Shown: positions 10,743-19,492 of the stretch, one piece after another
How the letters are laid out: each line of letters starts with the position of its first letter
Numbering within the stretch: position 1 is the stretch's first letter
From: a virus
Lineage: Duplodnaviria > Caudoviricetes
Direction: 5' to 3' (one strand)
Virus record (IMG/VR): IMGVR_UViG_3300031519_000033
Coordinates: 1 to 50,376 of that record
DNA length: 50,376 nt
The notes under the pieces: generated by a model
What the model saw: the letters and a program-made list of their open reading frames with translations, nothing else
Told to the model about the DNA's origin: nothing
The model's database searches: none
Translations under genes and position numbers: made by a program

Positions 10743-10860
10743 ATATGGAAACAAGGAAAAAGGGTTTGAGACCGTTGATTACACCAGCAACTCTGAACCT
10801 TCACAGGTGACAGACCAACGAGTAATTTCAGAGGAGCGCTGTTAGTTTCAACTTCCATAT
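10743..10860 (+). ncRNA. Candidate structured RNA element between nrdJ and its terminator
   Basis: Nested stems ATATGGAA/TTCCATAT, TTGAGAC/GTTTCAA, CAGC/GCTG and CTCTGAA/TTCAGAG, plus a possible pseudoknot CGTTG/CAACG. Confidence 0.4.
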
Positions 10861-10862
10861 AT

Positions 10863-10888
10863 AAAAGCCCCCTCTTTGGGGGCTTTTT
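10863..10888 (+). terminator. Intrinsic terminator after the S1-dut-nrdJ unit
   Basis: AAAAGCCCCC-tcttt-GGGGGCTTTTT. Confidence 0.85.
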
Positions 10889-10893
10889 CTATG

Positions 10894-10900
10894 ATAAATA
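10894..10900 (+). promoter_or_regulatory. Late-promoter-like ATAAATA
   Basis: GATAAATAATAA directly after the terminator, 17 nt before ATG 10918. Confidence 0.6.
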
Positions 10901-10917
10901 ATAAAAAAGAATTTAAG

Positions 10918-11415
10918 ATGATTCAAAAGTTAAAACATTTAAAATACTTTTCAAATTATATATCTGAACAGGAATTCGGAGAAGGAATGGACCCTGCCGG
11001 CGGTGAAATAGCCCAAGCTGCACCAACTGATCCAGTCTACTCATTTATATTTATTGATAAGAAATCTGAAGGAGAACATAAATATCCAGACGGAAGCTCA
11101 TCTAAACGATTCGATACATATTCTGTTACAAAATCAGAATTAAACAAATGGTTAGACACACATGTTACATCAGGATTGAGTGGAGTAACTTCTGATAACG
11201 CAGCAGTAGTTAAAAGAAAGGCAATTGCAGAATATATCGCAGGATTAAAAAGTGCAATTGCACCAGACGATAAAGACCTAGTTGCGAAATTCAAAGCTTC
11301 TGTGACTACAGAAACGATTGGAAAACAAGAACCTAAAACAGAAGTAACATTCTCACCTAAGAATAATGCACCTACTACCGATATAGTTGAGGTTACATTT
11401 ATAACAGTAGGCTAA
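10918..11415 (+). CDS. Putative internal head protein with a capsid-targeting-like N-terminus; start reassigned from TTG 10876
   Basis: Begins MIQKLKHLKYFSNYISEQ. TTG 10876 lies inside the terminator hairpin. Confidence 0.55.
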   Translation: MIQKLKHLKYFSNYISEQEFGEGMDPAGGEIAQAAPTDPVYSFIFIDKKSEGEHKYPDGSSSKRFDTYSVTKSELNKWLDTHVTSGLSGVTSDNAAVVKRKAIAEYIAGLKSAIAPDDKDLVAKFKASVTTETIGKQEPKTEVTFSPKNNAPTTDIVEVTFITVG

Positions 11416-12164
11416 TGGTAAAATCATTCTACGAATATATTAACGAAGATGCGTCTGGAAACTCAAATGTTTCTGGTTATGCTGATGATATAATTAATGT
11501 TATACGAAAAGTTAGTATAACTAATGAATATGAAGAATCTCGTGAACTTGAATATAAAGATGACAATTCATTTGATTTAATAGTACAAGTTAAAAAAGAG
11601 ACTGATCCAAATTTTGAGACTGATTCTCACTTCTCTGATTTACCATGGGAAGAAATAAACTTCAAAGATTACGGGTTTGCTATGGATGCAAATACAAATA
11701 TCAATAAAGGAGATAATATGATTCCTGAAATAACTTTCACATTTATAATTAATCCAGATAGGGAACCTAAATTATATGATGAACTTAAATTTAAATTGAT
11801 AGATATTGTAACTCATGAATTAAATCATACAAATCAAGTAGGATGGAATAGAGAACCATTTAAAGTTAGACCAACATCAGGAAAAGTTAGAGATTCAATC
11901 AATGGTAGTTTTGATTACTTTCAATTAGTAGATGAAATTGAATCTATGATAGCTGGAATGTATGCAAGATCTCAAGCAGAAGAGGTTCCTCTTGATAAAA
12001 TAATTGATAATTACCTAACTCCGTTCTTAAAGGACAATCAATTAACGCAGCATGAATACGACTATATATTTAAATTATGGTTAAGACATGCCCTAGAAAA
12101 CTACCCCGACTCACAATTATCATCCTCACGTCCTAATGTGAAGAAAATAATTGATTCTATTTAA
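11415..12164 (+). CDS. Putative virion-packaged zincin-like metallopeptidase
   Basis: N-terminus MVKSFYEYINE. HExxH motif THELNH with a downstream Glu (DEIES). Confidence 0.55.
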   Translation: MVKSFYEYINEDASGNSNVSGYADDIINVIRKVSITNEYEESRELEYKDDNSFDLIVQVKKETDPNFETDSHFSDLPWEEINFKDYGFAMDANTNINKGDNMIPEITFTFIINPDREPKLYDELKFKLIDIVTHELNHTNQVGWNREPFKVRPTSGKVRDSINGSFDYFQLVDEIESMIAGMYARSQAEEVPLDKIIDNYLTPFLKDNQLTQHEYDYIFKLWLRHALENYPDSQLSSSRPNVKKIIDSI

Positions 12165-12190
12165 AACCTTATCTTAATTATTCGTATAAT
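12164..12190 (+). promoter_or_regulatory. AAAC-N16-GTATAAT promoter-like motif
   Basis: AAAC at 12164-12167, GTATAAT at 12184-12190. Confidence 0.7.
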
Positions 12191-12210
12191 ATTCTAAAAT
12201 AATTTATATT

Positions 12211-12474
12211 ATGAACAGTTTTGACAAATTTAAAGAAACAGTAGAAGAAGCAAAAGCTTCAATCTTCTCAGAAATAGATGCTGAACTATCAGCACTAGAG
12301 GAAAATGGTGATGTAGAAAAATTCTACGACAAAGGCGTAAAAAGTGCAGGTGGTAGATTAAGAAAAGGATTACAAAATATTAGAAAAGCAATCCACAACC
12401 CAACTAACGCTAAAACGATGGCTACTATCAAAGATGGCGCTAAGGAACTTAGAGAAGAAATCTCTGGAAAGTAA
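12211..12474 (+). CDS. Hc1-like (histone H1-like) small nucleoid protein
   Basis: DVEKFYDKGVKSAGGRLRKGLQNIRK resembles the Hc1-family core seen in Bacteroidota and Chlamydia. Confidence 0.7.
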   Translation: MNSFDKFKETVEEAKASIFSEIDAELSALEENGDVEKFYDKGVKSAGGRLRKGLQNIRKAIHNPTNAKTMATIKDGAKELREEISGK

Positions 12475-12534
12475 TTTACAATAATGGGATTATTGAGGCT
12501 CACTCAACTTCCGTTCTATTTTAACACTAATTTT

Positions 12535-12566
12535 AAAAAAGATAACTGAAAGGTTATCTTTTTTTT
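12535..12566 (+). terminator. Intrinsic terminator after the Hc1-like gene
   Basis: AAAAAAGATAAC-tgaaag-GTTATCTTTTTTTT. Confidence 0.8.
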
Positions 12567-12579
12567 ATCATAAAACTTA

Positions 12580-12606
12580 AAACCTTTACCTACTAACAAG
12601 TATAAT
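12580..12606 (+). promoter_or_regulatory. AAAC-N16-GTATAAT promoter-like motif upstream of the SSB gene
   Basis: AAAC at 12580-12583, GTATAAT at 12600-12606. Confidence 0.7.
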
Positions 12607-12653
12607 ATATTGATAAAATAATTTATCGAAAACTAAAAAAACTAATAATTATC

Positions 12654-13706
12654 ATGAGTGACTTTTTTGATTTACCGGATGACAGCTTCGTAAAGAAGAA
12701 TACATCTGACCGAAAGACGGATTCGAACATTTACAACCCGGATCCAAATGCATTTAATGGATCATATAAATCTGTATTCAGATTTGTACCGTATATCCAC
12801 GACAAAACAATGAGCAAGTTTACTAAGTATTCTGCTAAGTTCTGGAATCCCTTAACTAAGGAAGCCCTTTACGTAGATTGCCCTTCCAACGTTGGAAAGC
12901 CTTCTATCTTATGGGATATAGAACGAGTAATTAAAGGCCTTGAAAAAGAAGAGCCAGAATTACACAAAAAATTGAAAGATTCCTTTTCAAGATGGCATTC
13001 AAACTGGTCTCCAGTTTACATCAAGAAAGATCCACAACGACCAGAATTAGAGGGACAGATTAAGTTCTTTAAATTCTCTTCTCAAATTAACACAATTATT
13101 GATGGACAGATTAATCCTGAAGAAAACGAGTTAGTTGCACCAAAACCATCCATTAATCCGTATCACTTACTTAAAGGTAAAGATTTCTTATGTGTAGTAG
13201 GTAAAAAGACTAAAGTATTTAGAGATTGGTCAAAATGTGAATTCATGGATGACGTTACTCCATTAGTATTCAAAGTAGGAGACAAGCAAGTAGCCGTTGA
13301 AAACAGTGAAAACTCTATCAAATTAGTTCAAGAATTCTTGACTAAGAATACTCCTAAATTAGATGAGTACTTCCACAGAGCATGGACACCTGAACAGTTT
13401 GATAAAGTAGCAGAAGCTATTGTATCTACGATTACTCCACGTCCTGTCCTTAATATGGTTCTTGATAGAACTAAAGATTCGGACATGAAAGCTGCAATTT
13501 TAGCAAAACTAGACGGAGGATCTGCTCCAACTGTACCGGCTGCAAACTTAATCGACGAATCGGTTGAATTTAAATCTGAACCGGTTGCACCTGCTCCAAC
13601 TGTTAAGACACATGTAAATAATGAAGATCCATTAGAGCCGGTTAGTGCAAGTGGACAAGCAACGGAGGAGAAAGACGAGTACGACGCATTGTTCGACGAC
13701 ATGTAA
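12654..13706 (+). CDS. gp32: T4 gp32-like single-stranded DNA-binding protein
   Basis: YKSVFRFVPY, VYIKKDPQRPELEGQIKFFKF and GKDF motifs; acidic tail DEYDALFDDM. Confidence 0.8.
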   Translation: MSDFFDLPDDSFVKKNTSDRKTDSNIYNPDPNAFNGSYKSVFRFVPYIHDKTMSKFTKYSAKFWNPLTKEALYVDCPSNVGKPSILWDIERVIKGLEKEEPELHKKLKDSFSRWHSNWSPVYIKKDPQRPELEGQIKFFKFSSQINTIIDGQINPEENELVAPKPSINPYHLLKGKDFLCVVGKKTKVFRDWSKCEFMDDVTPLVFKVGDKQVAVENSENSIKLVQEFLTKNTPKLDEYFHRAWTPEQFDKVAEAIVSTITPRPVLNMVLDRTKDSDMKAAILAKLDGGSAPTVPAANLIDESVEFKSEPVAPAPTVKTHVNNEDPLEPVSASGQATEEKDEYDALFDDM

Positions 13707-13733
13707 TAAATAATAAAAAAATAATTTATAATT

Positions 13734-14036
13734 ATGAAAAAGCAAAAAACAACAAAAGAAGTAACTGCTACAGAAGTAGTTGATGCTCCAACCGCAGCGC
13801 AAACTGCAACAGCTGATGAAAACCGAAATGTTTTGTTAGGAACTATTTCTTATACAAATGAGGAAGATTACGAATCTTTCTTATCTAAGATGGATACTAA
13901 TCAAGCTTTATTTGTACTTATAGCTAATGCTAACTATGGTCAGTCTAAAGGGTTATTAAATCTTGATGAGTCTGAATTAGTTGCAAAAGCAATTAAGACA
14001 ATAAAGAAATCTGCAACACCTCCTACTAATTCATAA
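13734..14036 (+). CDS. Hypothetical protein
   Basis: ORF within the operon with an A-rich leader. Confidence 0.6.
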   Translation: MKKQKTTKEVTATEVVDAPTAAQTATADENRNVLLGTISYTNEEDYESFLSKMDTNQALFVLIANANYGQSKGLLNLDESELVAKAIKTIKKSATPPTNS

Positions 14037-14041
14037 ATGAA

Positions 14042-15184
14042 ATGGACTTCGTTGTAGATGGAAACGCCTATTTAAATGTAGCGATTAGCGTAGCACGATC
14101 AATGGTCTTTAAGGATAAGTCTTTAGGGAACAAGTATTATGTTGATGATGTATTTAATGAAGGTGGACACATCCTAAAAGAACAAGTTAAAATCCAATTT
14201 AGAAATTTTTGTTTAAATTATTTCAACTCACTAATAGCACCCGTCGGATCTAATATCTCTCGGGTGCATTTAGCATTTGATTCTAGGAGTTGGAGAAAAG
14301 ACTTCATTGTGAAATTCTTTGAAAGCGGTACCCTTGGAGATTCAACTGCATCTCCTGATGAATTTAAATATAAAGGTAACCGTAAACGAGATCCTCATAT
14401 GTATCTATTCTTTGATTATTTCCAAAAAGAAATAGTCCCTCACTTAGTTGAAAAATGTGGAGTTAATTACTACAGAATACAAGGAACTGAAGGAGATGAT
14501 ATTCTTGCATATTTATGTGAGATACTAAATACTGATATTTTAATATACACAGTAGATGGCGATATCCAACAGTTAACTTATTCTGCGGGCAAAAATGTTA
14601 TTGTCATTTATCCTAAGCAACAGCGTAAGCATAAGAAATTATGTATACCAGCTGACTTCAACCCGGACTTTGCGGAAGATGAAGAGGATAATTTCTTTTC
14701 TTTAAATGAATCTCATGTAGCTACCCCTACCATTACTAAAACTATCTCAGTTCTTAAAGACCGAGATTATGTTGAATATGTAATAGATCCAGTTCTTGAG
14801 ATTTTCACTAAAATATTTAGAGGAGATAAGAAAGACAATATACCTAAAATGGACAAAATGACTCCAATTAAAACCATGAAACTAATCGATATGATTAGAG
14901 AAGATTATGGAAATTCATCAATTGATCTTTTAGATGATTTAAACGAAACCTTTATCAACTATGTAGTTAAAAATATAAGTATACTCAATAAAGTAAACGA
15001 TATAGATAAATTAAAGGACACCAGGAAACACTTCTTATTTAACTCTAGGATCATTAGACTTTCGTCTAGGATGTTCCCTAAGTCAATCCAGAATATCCTG
15101 AGTGAGAGTATTAAACCCTCTGATTTTACTAAATTTAGATTTAAGAGTTTTACCAACTTAAAAAATAACCCATCATTGATATGA
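14042..15184 (+). CDS. rnh: T4 RNase H-like 5'-3' exonuclease (FEN family)
   Basis: VVDGN, AFDSRSWRK, YKGNR, EGDD, TVDGDIQQL and GDKKDNIP motifs. Confidence 0.85.
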   Translation: MDFVVDGNAYLNVAISVARSMVFKDKSLGNKYYVDDVFNEGGHILKEQVKIQFRNFCLNYFNSLIAPVGSNISRVHLAFDSRSWRKDFIVKFFESGTLGDSTASPDEFKYKGNRKRDPHMYLFFDYFQKEIVPHLVEKCGVNYYRIQGTEGDDILAYLCEILNTDILIYTVDGDIQQLTYSAGKNVIVIYPKQQRKHKKLCIPADFNPDFAEDEEDNFFSLNESHVATPTITKTISVLKDRDYVEYVIDPVLEIFTKIFRGDKKDNIPKMDKMTPIKTMKLIDMIREDYGNSSIDLLDDLNETFINYVVKNISILNKVNDIDKLKDTRKHFLFNSRIIRLSSRMFPKSIQNILSESIKPSDFTKFRFKSFTNLKNNPSLI

Positions 15185-15480
15185 AACCGTTATACGAAAG
15201 AGTGCTAATTAGGCCAAACGAAAAAGACACAACCACTGAAGGTGGAATTATGCTACCAGCGGCAGCAGTAAAGAGACCTAATATCGGAATTGTCGTAGCT
15301 TGTGGTGATGGAACTCACCATAATGACATGGTAGTTAAACCTGGAGATATGGTATTATGCAATAGATTTGCAGGAGCTGAACTCACGTACAAGAAAGAGA
15401 AACATTATATGATTATGTCAAACGAGATTATGGCAATCATAGATGATATTGACGATCTTGAACTAGAAGAATACGAATAA
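15181..15480 (+). CDS. groES: Co-chaperonin GroES
   Basis: MKPLYERVLI, TTEGGIML and VKPGDMVL motifs. Confidence 0.95.
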   Translation: MKPLYERVLIRPNEKDTTTEGGIMLPAAAVKRPNIGIVVACGDGTHHNDMVVKPGDMVLCNRFAGAELTYKKEKHYMIMSNEIMAIIDDIDDLELEEYE

Positions 15481-15563
15481 ATTACAGAGTAAAAAGTTCC
15501 AGCAAGGAAGATTCCGTAAAACCGGATAAAATGGGCATAAACATTTGTTTACCTTGTAATTTA
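15478..15563 (+). ncRNA. Candidate four-way-junction (cloverleaf-like) RNA after groES
   Basis: An imperfect 16-bp closing stem encloses three small hairpins: TTCC/GGAA, TCCG/CGGA and AAATG/CATTT. Confidence 0.35.
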
Positions 15564-15569
15564 ACTCAA

Positions 15570-15603
15570 AAAAAAGACCAATCCCGTAAGATTGGTCTTT
15601 TTT
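15570..15603. terminator. Bidirectional intrinsic terminator between convergent units
   Basis: AAAAAAGACCAATC-ccgtaa-GATTGGTCTTTTTT. Confidence 0.85.
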
Positions 15604-15623
15604 ATTTTCTTGTTAAGTTATGT

Positions 15624-15935
15624 TTAATAAAAATCTATATTAAGGATATCAGTTGCAGAATCCCATTGACTTTGTGTAATGGTTCCATTATCAAATGCTT
15701 TCTTTAATACCTGTGATAACTCTATAGAAGTTTGATGTGATTCGTCTGATCCACCTGATCCGTCTTTTCTCCATCCTTCAGCACCGTCGTCGTCCTTAAA
15801 TCTTTCATATCCGGGCCTTTTCCCATCTTTAGTTGGCCATTTTCCTTTTTTAGAAGCTTCTGGAGATTTTTGAGTATGAAACTCTTGTTCGTTCAGCTTT
15901 TCTGATAGCGTTTTAATATATCTTATATTTTTCAT
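15624..15935 (-). CDS. Putative internal head protein
   Basis: N-terminus MKNIRYIKTLSEKLNEQ. Lies downstream of the sheath gene on the same strand. Confidence 0.55.
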   Translation of the reverse strand: MKNIRYIKTLSEKLNEQEFHTQKSPEASKKGKWPTKDGKRPGYERFKDDDGAEGWRKDGSGGSDESHQTSIELSQVLKKAFDNGTITQSQWDSATDILNIDFY

Positions 15936-15956
15936 TCTCTTGTTAAATTATTTTTA

Positions 15957-18920
15957 TTAGAATGACGGTGTAAATCCAGTAGATTCTGAACTTAAACCTC
16001 CACCAACTCTAGTGATTGTAATTCTATTGATGAATTTGTGTATTCCTCTTGGGAAATCAACTTCAACATCGATGATAGCTGCATTGTTCTCTAAAACTTC
16101 TGCACCGTTGTTTGATGAATCGAATGTTACAGCGTAACCGCTTAATCCTCTTGCATTAACAACTGCATCTAAGTAATTTTCAACAATAGTTCTAACTCTT
16201 AGTCTTGTAATTTCATCGTTAAAATCGAATAAGAAGTTGAATAAGATTCTAGCAAGATCTCTTTCAATAGTAGAAAGATTATCTCTAACGTGAGCATTAT
16301 TAAGTGCTGAGTTAATTCTTTGGTATGCCGTGTTATTAGAAAATAACAAGGTTCCAAATCCTCTTCTCTTAACAATTAAGTTATGTCCAATTGGTTCTAA
16401 ATAATCTCTATCCTCATCGGTTAATTCATATTCTACTCCAACTAATTCTGGATCAGTAATAACTCCTCTTTTTCCACCGGCTACGATTAAGAATGGTTGT
16501 CCATTTTTAAACTTTCTAACATACAAGTTAGAGATGTAAGCGGCTGGTGGAACAGAGATGTTTCTGTTTCCATTTCTAACAATTAAATTAGGGAAGTTAA
16601 ACATTGAGTAAGATGCTAATGGAACTCCATTTACGTCTTCTTCAGCAAATTTAAACGTGAAGCTTGGATTTAAACCTAAATCTCCTCCAGTTGCAATATG
16701 TCTAGCTGCTAATAATTTATTAGTTGTATCAATAAAACTAGGATCTACCGATTGCTCAAATTGTTTAATCGATGGTGCATTTAATAACGCCATAGATTGA
16801 CCGTGTAGAGCACAGATTTTAGATAAGTAATACTTACTAGAAGAAGATATTTCTCCCTCGTATGTATCTACAACATATCTAAAGTCTATTACTTCTTTTC
16901 CAGCAAGTGCTTGAGGAATTGAAGTGTAATCAAATAGGTAACTTAATATATCAGATTGTCTAGCCGCAGTTTTATTTGGTAATAAAGCTTCTCTGACTTT
17001 GAATCCCTTTAAGTATTGTCCTCTAATTTCAGTAACATAGTTATCAATACCCTTGTAAACTTGAATCTCGTTTCCAGTAGCATCTATTCCTATTACTTCA
17101 TCAACAGATGGTGCCATCGTAGTAACAACATATTCAGTTCTACCCGGAGAAGTTAAGTCAACTGTAGAAGTTACTGATATAATTTTCAGTAATCTTGCTC
17201 TAGTTCCCGTCGTCGCCGTTCTAGCTTTAATATAGTGATTTACTTTGATGAACTCATCAGTTATCGCCTTTTGAGCTGGTGTTGTATTAACTCCAATTGT
17301 AAGAACGTTAGGTTGAGTTACAGAATAATCGCTAAAATAAGCAGTATCAGTAAGATCAAATGTTCTTTTGAAGTTATCACCACTTGTTGGAGTGATTTTA
17401 ATATAATCTCCTCCTGAAGTACCAGCGTAATAATTTACGTCGGTTGCATTCAATAAAGAAATATCAGAATAAACGTATAACTTAATATATTTTAAGTCGT
17501 TTGCGCCAACTGTAATAATTAATTCATCGTCAATTTTTATATAATAATCATTACCTGCATCAGAGATAACATCTCCGTTTCTAATAAATCCCTTTAGATA
17601 TGCTTCGTATAATTTAGAATCATCCATTGCAATTAAATATTCATTAGTTGCATCGTTAATATTAAACGTTTCTCCTAATGCTACCCCGGTCGTTGCATCA
17701 AATGTTGCTTGAGCTATACTATTTCCAGTTGGGATATTAAATACTAAAATATCATCAGATGGTTGACAATAGCTAATTGTATCAATTAATGGAGTAGCTG
17801 CAACTGCAGTTGTTCCATTGCTATCAAATCCACCGTCATCGGCAGTAAACGCTAATTCGTCGTATCCGTGACCAACTATATCAACTCTATGAGTATCTAC
17901 CTCCATATCGTTAAATGTATCGTTTTCTAAATCAACAAGATCTAATTTATCAACATCTAGTGCTGCCATTATTCCAGTTGTTGGAAATAATCTGTTAACT
18001 AATCTATCGATTGAAATTGAATTTCCTGATTGATCAATAAAGTTTGGAATTAAACATCCAATTACTCTGCTGATTACTTTGATTTCACGTAATGCAAAGA
18101 AATCAGCCGATTTTCCTTGAATTAAACCAGATGCATCGAAGAATTGTTTGTAAATCGGATCCTTAGACAACTTTAAGTAGTTAGTCCAATCTCCAGTTAC
18201 AATCATTGTTTCAACCATGTAATCTGATATAAAATCATCCGGATGTACAAATGAAGGGAATTCGATATCTTTTCCACCTCCAACTGTATTGTACCATTCT
18301 TTAGCCGTAACATCGAAACCTGTTGTTTCTGCTTTACGTACCCATACTGTACTATTAGTTTTACCAGTATTTACAAATGATAGTATTTTATTAGATGCGA
18401 TTGATACCATTCCTAATCCTCCTGGGTTAGTAACGAAATCGTCACCAAGTGAAAGATTTTTAGTTCTGTTTAATTGCTCTGCATCTGCAAACCATAGTCT
18501 CTGTTTGTTAAAGAAATCTATAATTTTATTTTGGATAGGGTTGCCATCCTCGTTATTTGCTGATGATTCAGTATTAAACGTAGTAAAATAAGCCTGATCT
18601 AAATTAAGTGTATTATCCGCTTCGGTATCAAGTGGCATTACGTTTAACGCAAATACCGGTCCTTCTCTAAGTGCTACTTCAATTGATCGGTGAAAAAATC
18701 CACCAGCTTTTTCCAGTTTTGGGTCTATTTCCCCGTATACTGCTTTAAGAGTTCTAAGATCGTTAACTAAAACGATTGTGTTGAACGGTCCAACTCTACT
18801 TGAACCTACTACTAGTCTTCCTGATGTTAGTGGAAGAGCTACGTTAGCGCTTTCATCTATTTCAACGGTATAAACGCCGCTTGACTTATAGTTATTTAAA
18901 TTGATCCTTCTTTCGGCCAT
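15957..18920 (-). CDS. gp18: Contractile tail sheath protein (gp18-like); ATG 18920 preferred over TTG 18926
   Basis: KSSGVYTVEID N-terminus, VPPAAYI, AGGKRG, FLFDFNDEITR and IIDVEVDFPRGIHKF. Confidence 0.9.
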   Translation of the reverse strand: MAERRINLNNYKSSGVYTVEIDESANVALPLTSGRLVVGSSRVGPFNTIVLVNDLRTLKAVYGEIDPKLEKAGGFFHRSIEVALREGPVFALNVMPLDTEADNTLNLDQAYFTTFNTESSANNEDGNPIQNKIIDFFNKQRLWFADAEQLNRTKNLSLGDDFVTNPGGLGMVSIASNKILSFVNTGKTNSTVWVRKAETTGFDVTAKEWYNTVGGGKDIEFPSFVHPDDFISDYMVETMIVTGDWTNYLKLSKDPIYKQFFDASGLIQGKSADFFALREIKVISRVIGCLIPNFIDQSGNSISIDRLVNRLFPTTGIMAALDVDKLDLVDLENDTFNDMEVDTHRVDIVGHGYDELAFTADDGGFDSNGTTAVAATPLIDTISYCQPSDDILVFNIPTGNSIAQATFDATTGVALGETFNINDATNEYLIAMDDSKLYEAYLKGFIRNGDVISDAGNDYYIKIDDELIITVGANDLKYIKLYVYSDISLLNATDVNYYAGTSGGDYIKITPTSGDNFKRTFDLTDTAYFSDYSVTQPNVLTIGVNTTPAQKAITDEFIKVNHYIKARTATTGTRARLLKIISVTSTVDLTSPGRTEYVVTTMAPSVDEVIGIDATGNEIQVYKGIDNYVTEIRGQYLKGFKVREALLPNKTAARQSDILSYLFDYTSIPQALAGKEVIDFRYVVDTYEGEISSSSKYYLSKICALHGQSMALLNAPSIKQFEQSVDPSFIDTTNKLLAARHIATGGDLGLNPSFTFKFAEEDVNGVPLASYSMFNFPNLIVRNGNRNISVPPAAYISNLYVRKFKNGQPFLIVAGGKRGVITDPELVGVEYELTDEDRDYLEPIGHNLIVKRRGFGTLLFSNNTAYQRINSALNNAHVRDNLSTIERDLARILFNFLFDFNDEITRLRVRTIVENYLDAVVNARGLSGYAVTFDSSNNGAEVLENNAAIIDVEVDFPRGIHKFINRITITRVGGGLSSESTGFTPSF

Positions 18921-18939
18921 TTTCAAAGATATTTTTTAT

Positions 18940-18946
18940 TATTTAT
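18940..18946 (-). promoter_or_regulatory. Late-promoter-like ATAAATA upstream of the sheath gene
   Basis: The minus strand reads GAATAAATAATAAAAAAT. Confidence 0.6.
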
Positions 18947-19083
18947 TCAATCATTTTTACAATAAACCTAAAAAATATGCTAAAGTGGAGATCCTATCGG
19001 TATATATTCAGTATAAGAAAATAATTAACTGTACAAAGTTTGCTTCTAATTCGAGTATTCCTGTACAATATTGTAAAAATGAT

Positions 19084-19206
19084 ATGATTATGAAAAAGGA
19101 AAAACTATTAAAAGAAGAGGTATTTTCTAAAATAGAATATAAAAACCCAGCCATCACCGCCCTGGGAAATATTCCAATATTAAAAGCATATCATCAAAAA
19201 AATTAA
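19084..19206 (+). CDS. Possible small protein (about 40 aa)
   Basis: ATG at 19084 or 19090; the ORF ends 7 nt before the next gene. The longer TTG 18901 version overlaps the sheath start. Confidence 0.3.
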   Translation: MIMKKEKLLKEEVFSKIEYKNPAITALGNIPILKAYHQKN

Positions 19207-19213
19207 AAATATA

Positions 19214-19489
19214 ATGCACGTAGAAGGACAAGACGACTTGAAACCATCAGGTCACGCAAATCCAGGTGGAGAACCTGGTCAACCACAAACAAAAGTAAAT
19301 TTAAATGATGCCGAAGACATTATGTGTGAAGCAGAAGGATGCGGATGCAAAGTGTTTGAAGAAAAGATCATACTTAAGAAAGTTTCTAAATTCTTAACAG
19401 GAGCTGCTCAAGATCAAGTTACGCCGGTACCGGTTGTCGTATGTGCAGCATGTAACCACATAAATGAAATGTTTATACCTAAATTTTAA
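19214..19489 (+). CDS. Small zinc-ribbon-like protein
   Basis: CEAEGCGC ... CAACNH. Confidence 0.6.
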   Translation: MHVEGQDDLKPSGHANPGGEPGQPQTKVNLNDAEDIMCEAEGCGCKVFEEKIILKKVSKFLTGAAQDQVTPVPVVVCAACNHINEMFIPKF

Positions 19490-19492
19490 TAG

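Noticed and set aside
10743-10860. Cobalamin, glycine or SAM riboswitch next to nrdJ
   Set aside because: The element lies downstream of the gene and lacks the conserved cores of those families. It is kept only as an unclassified structure.
10876-10917. TTG start for the 179-aa ORF
   Set aside because: It lies within a terminator hairpin upstream of the late motif; ATG 10918 fits better.
373-15480. Bacterial chromosome origin suggested by groEL, rpsA, nrdJ and groES
   Set aside because: These genes are divergent, lack bacterial operon context, share the phage promoter motif and are interleaved with T4-like core genes.
18901-19083. 101-aa ORF starting at TTG 18901
   Set aside because: It overlaps the sheath start and the divergent regulatory region. 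Only the last 40 or so codons are plausible.
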